From Perkinsus chesapeaki ATCC PRA-425 (taxonomy: Eukaryota; Protista; Perkinsozoa), in NCBI GenBank assembly GCA_013115145.1, contig JAAPAO010000068.1, positions 30,851-94,850 of the forward strand: a stretch of 64,000 nt of DNA. Reading direction: 5' to 3'. The notes under the pieces are model-generated. The model worked only from the letters and a program-made list of their open reading frames with translations. It did no database searches and was not told where the DNA came from. Position numbers and translations under genes: made by a program. Each line of letters opens with the position of its first letter. The first letter of the stretch is position 1. Of this stretch, positions 1 through 9,449 are shown piece by piece.

Positions 1-1486
1 ATTTCCTTACAAGCAGCAAATTGAATGGATCCCCCATTTAGAAGGGTTCTTTGTCTGTTATCGTGAAGTTTAGCGGGTAGCTATGCCCGACGTCTCAGCT
101 GGCGAGGTGTTACTCATTGAGTAACACTCAAGGCTCCTGATTCGCACATGACTTCCCGTTCTTTTATTCGCTCCCTCCCTCGTGGTTTAGCCATGTTGTA
201 CGCGCATTTCTTGTGGCGGCGCCCGCTCGCCAGGGCCACTGTGGCAAATCCGCTACTATACTTTGTCGTTGCTCGCATTTATGTCGATCCTCGGGTCGAG
301 CATCTCAATGGTGATGTCTGTCCCTTAACTTGGCTTTGGGGACTCCCCAATGGGGAGTATGTAGGCCCCCGATGATCTTGTATCTCGCGCTGCGCTTTCC
401 GTTCCCAAGCGTCACGCTTGAAGCGTGCCAGAGGTGGTCCTGGTAGGTGGCATGATTGGGGTCCCAAGCCCGCGATAGTGGCGCTTTTTCACATACAATC
501 TGACTGTTATGCTTTCTAATGGTTGAGGCTAGTGAAAAGAAGTCCTTCGGTCACTCCCGAATCATCATAATAATTCTGACAGAATTCCCCAATTTGAGTT
601 CAGAGATCCGGCTACAGATGCTACTGGCATGATCAACTTGATCCTCTTCGCAGAGCCCGTGCGAATCGAAACTTGACATATAGAAATTTGTTTTCAGATA
701 CGCAAGCTCCCCGAGTTTAGCGGTGGAGACGGAACGGAAGATATCTCCTCTACACAGTTGAGAGCTGTTCGCGACAAATGGAGTTCCCTGCGACGCGACG
801 AAGTTGATAGAGTCACATACGACAATTGCGCATCTTATGAGCCTTGAACCGAAAAACTACTTTGCACCGGCATTAGCCTCAGTCAATTTGCCTCGCTCGT
901 TCCTTGCGTTTGGCGCTACTTCGTGCGTTGTTCCGACTGGGATTTTCTGGCAGTATGAATAACGAGAGTTCCCCCGCTAATGGTATGGCGCCGCCGCTAG
1001 ATTCATGTGGTGCAGCACGGTTTACGGCTTCGCCACCAGCTCCAGGGTCATTGCCTACTGGCTCAAGTAGGACGGGAGTCTTAATATTTTATGTGTATTC
1101 AATATAATTGCGGAGTGAGCAGAGCGAGCGGGGCGTATACTCTCACTTTGCTGGCACTTTGTGCGTGCGTGCGAATAAATCACCCAGCTCGATGATCTAG
1201 AGGGGTTATGATCACAACCTTTGCACCAATCGATAGCTCTTACTCTGGGGATACTAGGAAGAATACGGAAAGTGGGTTCTGATTGTATCAGAAGGTCAGC
1301 GGGACAAAAAATATTTCTTCTGCAGAAAAATGACAGGCCTGGGGATCGAACTTGCTAGATGCTTTGAGAATTCAACGGCCAATTACGGACGACCCCACGC
1401 ATCTCTTCTATCAGTCCTGAGCTTCTGCAATTTTTACAGGCACTAGTACCGCCGGGCAGCAGCAGTTCAAGTTGTCCACCGCAGCA

Positions 1487-3917
1487 ATGGCTGCTATTTG
1501 TTCGAAGATTAGGATGGCGAATAATCCAGCATCTAATGCTTCCCGGACAGCCGCTTCAATGATCAATCGTTCGTAAGTGCCAACACTTAGCGGAGCTCTT
1601 CATGCGACTCCTGACTCTGGAGTCCTGAGGCGCTCGTCATTAGCAGCTACTTGTTCCTCCGTTCTGACCCTTTTTGTTCGTCAGCTCCGTGGCGCCGTCT
1701 ACGTCTTCTGCTCCCACCAAACCTATTTCACAGCCAACTGTTAATGCAGCGCTAATCGAGCGGCTCCGAGCAGATATGAGGGCCAAAGGGTACACTACGT
1801 CTGGGTCGCCTACTTCAACCGGTTCGGATTCCAGTGCTCAAACGCCACCTCCGCAATGGCCCTCGTCGTCTACTCGGAACGTAAGCCCGTAAGCTGCCCC
1901 TGCACTGACTTGAATGTTTTCACTTAGAGCCACAACCCTGGCTGGCTTCCGACCTGTCGAATACCCGGCGTCATATGTGCCCACGGTGGCTGCAACAAGG
2001 AAGACATCGCATGGAATGATACTGTTCCGACAGAGATATTCACATTTGGTAAATCCTGCATTGTCAACATATTCCGATGTTACCGCTCGCTTCCGGCAGG
2101 AAATTCACGTCCCGCACATGTGGCGTATTCTGTTCGTAGCAGGAGCACACTTGTAACATTTGGCCTCTGCCCAGAACACTATAAAGAAATCAAACTGGCC
2201 CTTTCTATTTTCCAGGTTAGCAGCTCCGTTACGTACGCCCATCTGAATGACTCTCTTTCAGCAATCTAACCTTCCCGTTGAGTATTTGGTCAGTACCGTT
2301 CGCGCTATTGATCGATCAAAAGCAAGGTCGTCCACTGCTGATGAACGAATCTCTAATCACGGTAGGGATGGAAAGACTGCTGAAAGGCGCCGCGAATGGC
2401 TCTCGAGTCATATGCTACTCATTCAGAGCCAAGGAGCTCGCCAACCCAACAAATATCTCCTACTGCGGCAGTGAGTAAGACGAACACTGTGAACGGCTCA
2501 GTATCCCGGCCGGAAGCCATGTCTGGTGGGCTTATTTCTGAGCTGTTCGGCCATCGATAACTGTTGATGGCAGGATCACGGCCGATTTCTACGGCCGCTG
2601 TCAGCGACTTAGTGAGCGAGAAAGCCGAAGGTGTGGAAGTGATAGCCGCTGACGATGATGAGGATAGTGATGTATTCGAGGCTATGGTCATCACTGATGA
2701 AGGCCCGACAGTAACCCCATCTACAGTGCCCGCAGAGCCTATCCTAGCTGATGATTGCCGTGATGAGTGAGTTCTGTTTGTTAGTGCATTTTCATCCCTG
2801 CATAAAATCAGGGCATCGATATCGACTGCTCCCGAGCTATCGGTGCCAGACCAAACCGAGCAGATCGAGGAAGACGTAGGGGTTCCCGTCACAGCTAATG
2901 AGGGGTCGGCTTCACCGGCTTCCGACATCAGCAAGAAGCCCCACGATCTTGCAGAATGCGAGAGTGCTAAGGCTGAAGATACGGTGAAGGCGTCTACTGA
3001 CGAGCCTACAGGGCAATTGAGGGAGAAGGCGGCAGGAAAGCGAAAGTTGTCTGACGATATTCCTCCCAGCGAGGAAGCTGTCGGGAAGAAGCGATCGAGG
3101 CGGGGGAGTATATCTAAAGGGAAGTCGGAGGATACGAAAGTGACAGTCGCGAAGCTGGAAGGGGACAGTTGTGTCAAAAAGGTAAGGGTCCCATACTAAG
3201 GGACAGAACTTTAATTCCGGGAAAGCCTTGCCGAGTGAGGTGCGAGGTTCATCACCTGGTTGGCTGTTACAGTTGCTATAACAACCAGTTACTGTAATAC
3301 AGTTGATGCTTCGAGGATCTAGTAGTGGAACTAATATTAGGATGTTTGTGTTGGCTGGCTGCAGCTAGGCACCAGTGAGGCTACCGGAGCTTGTTCAGGA
3401 ATCCCCTAAACGGCAGAAAAAGCGCAAAGCTTCGACCAAGGAGGTTGATGATGCGATACAGCATGCAGAGCCTACCCCATCCGTCTCCGATGATTCCGTT
3501 GATGAAGACAGTGGATCGGAGGAGGAAGTGTAAGCTAAGCAAGCCTTCTCTAGCACATCGGTGTTTCGGTATGCATTGCGGTGCTCACCGAATAGCCATT
3601 GATAGAAAGTGGGATCGTCTAAGTTGCCTAGGTTTAATGTTGAGAAGCTACTGCAGTGGAAGCTGGACAAGCATGGACATAGAAAATTTCTTGTTAAATG
3701 GGAAGGCTATCCTCTGGCGGAAGCCACCTGGGAGCCCGAGTCCAACTTCAACGAGTAAGTTTGTTTTACCCACAGACTGTAAACTACAGTGTGTCTGTGT
3801 TCCATCATATTCCTCAGATCTCCGGAAATCGAAGAGCTGAAGAACGTGGTACTTGCAAAACCGCCAAGATTACCTCGGCGGAGCCACGTAAATAAGAGAA
3901 AGCAACGCCGCCTCTAA
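1487..3917 (+). CDS. Multi-exon protein with acidic low-complexity middle and C-terminal chromodomain (start approximate)
   Basis: Exon ~3631-3754, in a frame not shown by the ORF track, reads FNVEKLLQWKLDKHGHRKFLVKWEGYPLAEATWEPESNFN (chromodomain pattern xVExI...YLVKWxGY...TWEPExN). A GT-AG intron follows, then a last exon ending RKQRRL* at 3915-3917. Upstream exons correspond to ORF pieces 1674-1892, 2564-2770 and 2843-3199. Confidence 0.75.
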
Positions 3918-4133
3918 ACCTAATTCTACTTGTCCTATTTCCCACTCTATTGAACGAGGTTCTTAGTTCTTGCAAAAATGTCATCTTATAGTAGTTCTTC
4001 TGCAAAAAGTCTCTCTATGTATAATTTCAACGAATCATCACTATTATACCTGAATTCTCCTAAAAGCCTCTGTTGTGTTCGAAGTTGAACTGGACTGCTC
4101 GATCATTCACTCCGAATCTTTCGACAAGGGAGC

Positions 4134-5092
4134 TACGTGGATATTTGATCCGTATGAAGGAACATGTCGTACCAGGCTGCTTGCGACCACTCGAGTCACT
4201 TTACGTCCTTAGAGACTTTCTGCGCGGGCAACGGTACCCACTCAGTTCGAAGGTACGAAGTTCCTGAGTCCTAGGGAGGGCATCGACTGTATGTGTGCTT
4301 CCGTGGGCAACTAATGATCACGACCTCGACCCTGCCAGCACTATGTCTATACTCCTTTACGCAGGCCCTTGCTGTCGAATGCGGTGGTGACACTTCAGGG
4401 CGAGCCCGTGCAACACTTCAGTGCGTCTCCCAGTGGATCCATAGTTTCTGTAGGAATTCTTCTGGGATAGCTGTTAAGGAATACGGCCCTTTTGAGCTCC
4501 TCACGTACGCTGAAAATGATCGTGCAGGACGGGCTCGGAGTTGTCTTCGTTTTAGGATATACGGTGGCGCTCCCTTGGACATGCTTGAGGCCATTCTGAC
4601 CGAGGCTACCAGTAAAGTTCATCAAAAGCAAGTTATTATCATTAGAGATCCAACGGCTTGTTTTGGAACCTCAAGTAGTGCATACTCTGGAGGCTTTGAC
4701 GACGATGATGAAGGTGACGATGATGCCTGGGATGATAGTAGCGTTGTGGTAAGCTTATTTCTCTCACCAGTTTATTCATCGCCAATGCCGCTCAGGCTCC
4801 GTCAAGCTCAGACTGTGCAACGGGCCTTGCCGTATGGCTCTCTGAGCGCGTGCCTCTAGGAGTCCGTATCGTTTTTTTGTTGCCTACAGGATCGATGATC
4901 GACACTCTGGGGCGGGTGTGCGGTTTAGTACGGCTAAGCATGGCAGAGGTAACCCTCATTTCTGTGGTGTGGCAATTTCCAATGATGATTCTTTATACCG
5001 CATGGATCATCCGTCTTCCTGGAAGACTCTGGAAGACGCTTCCATTTTGTCATGCGAGCTCAGTAGAAATGATGTCCTGTTCAGGTTCCTGA
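4134..5092 (+). CDS. Hypothetical multi-exon protein
   Basis: Long open exon 4293-4750 with an acidic tract, a GTAAGC donor at ~4749 and a further exon at 4890-5092. No recognisable family. Confidence 0.35.
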
Positions 5093-6460
5093 TCTGGCAA
5101 GTTGCACAATAGAGACTACAGATTCATCTCCCCGTAGCACGCTCTTCCTTGGCGGAATCCGGGAAACTGGGAATGACACCGCCCGTGGAGGACTAGTAAG
5201 CGCGCTCTATACTCTGTACTGTATACTCTATACTCTCACTCTGCGCTCTGTACTATCAGTAGTCTGTATTGCCGATTCGTTTAGGTATGTTTATACGGGC
5301 GGAGCGGTAGTGGGAAGACGCAAGTGTTGAGGCATCTCAAAGAATCCGCGATATCGGGGAGGGTTGTTAATGTAAGTTTCGTGGCCCCTTTAACGGCCTA
5401 TCGTTGTCCAAACGTCCTCGGATCCTTTTTTTGTAACTTGGTGCTAGCGGACCGGCGGTCCGGGACCGCTAGTGCCGGTGCTTTCAGTGGCTTTTAGTCA
5501 GATTCGTGAAGTATCTCAGTGAGATTATCCGACGTCGCATTGCAGCTCCTGGTGTTTAGGTGCGTATTGCCGATATACTGGCTGCAGAGCTAGGAGAGTC
5601 CCAAAGACGACTACGCAAAGTATTGTCAACTCAGTCGTGAATGACTCTCTATTCTGTTTCGCAGGTTTACAGCGAGTTGGCTTCGTCCTCAAAGTTTCTA
5701 CCAGCAGCTTTTGTAGCTTGTACATTTGACGATTGCGATTTATGGTTGAAAAGCTCTGGGAAGATCATTCGGGAGGTCTTATCCCAGTGGACTGGTCTTA
5801 TCGATAAGCATGGCAACGATATTCTAACAGTAGGCTCCACCGAACAGTTTTGAACGCCAGCTTCACCGTTCCAGGTTATCACGTGTCAAGACAAATCGGA
5901 TCTACCTCGAGCTCTTTCGTGCCGGGTCTGCAAGTGGATTGATCTGAATGGTGATAATGATCTTACTTGATAATTGTCCAAAGAACGAATGTTGTGTTGA
6001 GCCTCTCAACTTGGGAGACTATATCCTGTATTGTAGTATGTAGTCAATTAAGGTGGAATTGCTCAAACTTTCCGGCGCGGAGCACGGGTTTGTTTTATTT
6101 GTCTCTAAGTGAGTCGTTCAGTTGATCCTGAATGGATTCTGGAATGTGTTTTACTCAACTTTACAAACAGTCCGGACGCAACGCAACGGTCATTTACACA
6201 GAAAGATCTTGGGATCGTTTAATAAACCGATTTTGAAATTCAGAATCGATTCCAGAACTGCTTTTAACACGTAAAATGCGATGCTGGAATCGATCCCGAA
6301 TCTCAGAATTGGTTTAATGAACATTGGGCTTGTTTTGTAACTTACAAAACAAGATTCTGTGTAAATAGCGCGCGCCATAGTAATCTATAAACTGATCTTG
6401 AGTGGGTCTGATTCATCGGCGAGGCTACTGGCCCTTGGTATAGTTTATTCATCTGCCCAC

Positions 6461-8738
6461 ATGTCCAGTGCACCATCGTCATCTTCCCCTGCCGAGGATC
6501 ATAAACAGGAGCCCAACTCTAGGGAATCCCAGGAGTTCGAGACTCCTATTAGTACCCCTCCTGCTGCTGAGCAAGCCGATGATGTGGTAATAAAGTGCTG
6601 GTCGGGGCTATGCCATCACCACTGTTAATCAGGCTGCCGAGGAAGCCGACATTAAAAGCATGCTAGACAAAATGCACATCGCTCCCGCGCCTCCGAAGCC
6701 GGTAGGTTATCTTGGAATCGCTCGGAGAATAACGAGTGAATTCCGCAATGGCGAGATTGAAAAGATATTTGCTTTCAGCATAAGTTTTGGAACACACAGC
6801 CGGTGCCTCAGCTTGACGCAGATCCCGTATCCGAGGATGCTAGAGGTACTGGTCAGCTGACTGGTCGGGGATTGGTGAAGAGAGTTCTCATAGGTCCGAT
6901 TGATGTGCCCAAGAAGGTCTCGGACATACCGAAGGAGCCCTACAACCTTCCAGCTGCCTTCGAATGGAGCAACATCGATGTTAATGATGCTGAACAAATC
7001 CAAGAGGTCTATACTCTTCTCAATGAGAACTATGTTGAAGACGACGAGGCTATGTTCAGGCAGGAGGGCCTTTGAGTGGATCGTTCCCTTCTCATGGGTT
7101 AGTTGCTCAGGTTTGACTACAGCCCAGAGTTCCTCCAGTGGGCGCTCACACCGCCTCATTATGTCGCAGACTGGCACTTTGGCGTTAGAGTGAAGTCTAA
7201 CGGAAAGGTAGCCCTTCTCGAAAGCTGAACTTTATAAACTATCAATCAGTTGGTCGGTTTCATCACCGGCATTCCCGCTACTATGAGAATCCGTGGCGAC
7301 GAGATCAGGACAGCCGAAATCAATTTCCTTTGCGTGCATAAGAAGCTCAGGTGCGGCACAGTAGAGCATGCCCCCGTTCAGGCTATCCTTAGGTCCAAGC
7401 GCCTTGCTCCCGTCCTGATTAAGGAGATTACCCGCAGAGTTAATTTGACGGATCGGTGGCAGGTGATGTGGATACCAACGCATTATAAGCCAGTCTTGCA
7501 TCTAGGCCGTGTACACTTCCGGAGCCATCTTGCCCCGGCCCATCACTACTGCTCGATATCATCACAGGTATCCCTGAAAAATCAGACATTTAGTATCTTA
7601 AAGTGTAGGTCGTTGAATCCAAAGAAGCTATGCGAGGTTGGCTTCACTAGGCTGGCCCCTCGGATGACTATGGCGCGGTGCATCAAGCTCTATAAGGTAC
7701 GGGCTCGTGATGGGAACAGGAGGGGGAATGTGTGACTGACAGGTTCCGGATCATCCTAGCACCTCAGGTCTGAGGCCGATGGAAATGAAGGATAGGAAGC
7801 AGGTTACTAAGTTACTTAACGAGTAGTCTTTCGGGGAGGGGATGGCTGGTGAGGATGGCAACTGACATTCCAGGTATCTGTCCAAGTTTAAAGCGCATCC
7901 GATTCTCTCCCAGCATGACGTTGGCCATTGGCTCTTGCCTCGAGAAAATGTCATACAGACTTATGTAAGATCGCACGGAAATCCGACTCGGTGCGCTGAC
8001 CTCCAACGGCGATGGAGATTTGGCATATGGAGGTCAGCAATTTTTTCATGAAAAGAAGCGCCTTGTTGACAGATGTATGAGGGCTGTGCTCGGCCATCTT
8101 CGGGGAGCCGAGGTCCTGCGCAGAAAAATTCATCGGAGGCTTAGTGCCTTGCGGCGAATATTTGAGCGTTGGCCCTTAGACAGGGGTGATCTGATCACAC
8201 TGTACCCATCAGGTCCGCGAGGAAAATGGTAAAATCACTGATTTCCTGTCTTTCTATTCCTTACCAAGCTCCGTCCTCGGAAACGACAAGCACAAGTGGG
8301 TTCCTGTTGTTCGCTTCCACGCCAGTGACTGCCATCAGGACCCTTTACGCAGCGTACTCCTACTACAACGTGGCCACGACGGTCAGCTTGAAGCAGCTCA
8401 TGTCGGACGCGCTTGTGCTGGTAGGCTTGTCCGGTCCTTCGATCGGTCGGGTGGCATTTTCGAAATTGTCAGGCTAAGCAGGAAGGCTTCGATGTCTTCA
8501 ACGCGTTGAACCTCATGGACAACAACGAGTTTTTAGAGGTACTACCAACGGGGGATCTCAGGCGGCAATTTCGTGGCGCGCGGTTTAGGATTTGAAATTC
8601 GGTCGGGGCGATGGTGACCTCCAGTACTACCTTTACAACTGGAAGTGCCCCTTCATGGAGCCCAAGGACATGGGTCTGGTAATATGATTCGTTGCTTCGC
8701 TCCGCCTTTAATTGTTGATTCCTCAGGTGCTTTTGTAA
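6461..8738 (+). CDS. NMT: Glycylpeptide N-tetradecanoyltransferase (N-myristoyltransferase)
   Basis: Spliced exons give [86 protein letters not shown] and [16 protein letters not shown], ending MGL|VLL*. Confidence 0.96.
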
Positions 8739-8888
8739 ATGACTCAGAGTTATCGTTACTGTGCGTTCGATCCTACCGAAATTGGTACAATACTACAGAT
8801 AGTTTCCATCAGCCTTCCTCGTGAACTTGCGCATGCGTGCAAAGATTCACACGATGGCAGTTTCTTTTCCGGGTGAATCCTTTTATAA

Positions 8889-9294
8889 ATGGGTGCAGTA
8901 GTGTCTCGTATGTCCGGCTTCCTGGAGGAGCATCCCAAGCTCAAGGTTGCCAAGAATAGACTTACCAAGGTGCGTTTCCGTCCCATCAGCAGTTGGCCTT
9001 GTTTAATAGCCTTTTGCTTGGCAGTTGACTTCTAATGCGCGATGGCTGGGAGGCAATGTGATCTGGACAGCGGTCGTCTCCGCGATTGTGTTGGCTGTCC
9101 CCGTGTTCTTCGAGTAGGTCCAGAGTGATGTTGTTTTCCCTACTTGGCATTTAACAGGTACGAACGGGAATGCCAGTTCTTCGACCAGATGAACCAGTTG
9201 CAGCAAGCACAGATGAACGTAAGCCGCCGGTTGCCGTGGTGCTGGTGTGGCGTGGGATTTCCTGTGGTGTTAGGCAGCAGCATCGAGCGCGTAG
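8889..9294 (+). CDS. TOM22: Mitochondrial import receptor Tom22 (short alveolate/plant type), 4 exons
   Basis: Spliced: MGAVVSRMSGFLEEHPKLKVAKNRLTK|PFAWQLTSNARWLGGNVIWTAVVSAIVLAVPVFFE|YERECQFFDQMNQLQQAQMN|AAASSA*. It has a single TM helix with the WxxxxSAxxLxxP motif followed by FEYERE. Confidence 0.75.
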
Positions 9295-9449
9295 AGGAAG
9301 CGTATAATGATGATACAATTTATAGATGATAATGATGAGGCGTCCCTTACCACAAACAAACACAAAAGCCGACATCTTTTCAGTTAAACTAGTATGATTG
9401 TTATTTGTATAGTCACAGGCCGGGATAAAGTGCTTAATAGAGTTCCCTA

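Noticed and set aside
1059-1068. TGGCTCAAG resembling the end of the Perkinsus/dinoflagellate spliced leader
   Set aside because: Only 9 nt match; the upstream CCGTAGCCAT part is absent.
1-1200. Short ORFs at the window start as a gene or transposon remnant
   Set aside because: No frame gave a recognisable motif or a consistent exon chain.
2419-3177. Long antisense ORFs (also 35110-35652, 44564-45160, 49338-49607 and those opposite the tandem array)
   Set aside because: Shadow frames of real coding sequence on the other strand, or no coding signal.
5500-5900. Possible exons (ORF 5641-5853)
   Set aside because: Could not be linked into a gene or assigned to a family.
6245-6296. 11-bp inverted repeat ATCGATTCCAG/CTGGAATCGAT upstream of NMT
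   Set aside because: Isolated, with no TSD or second copy; plausible by chance.
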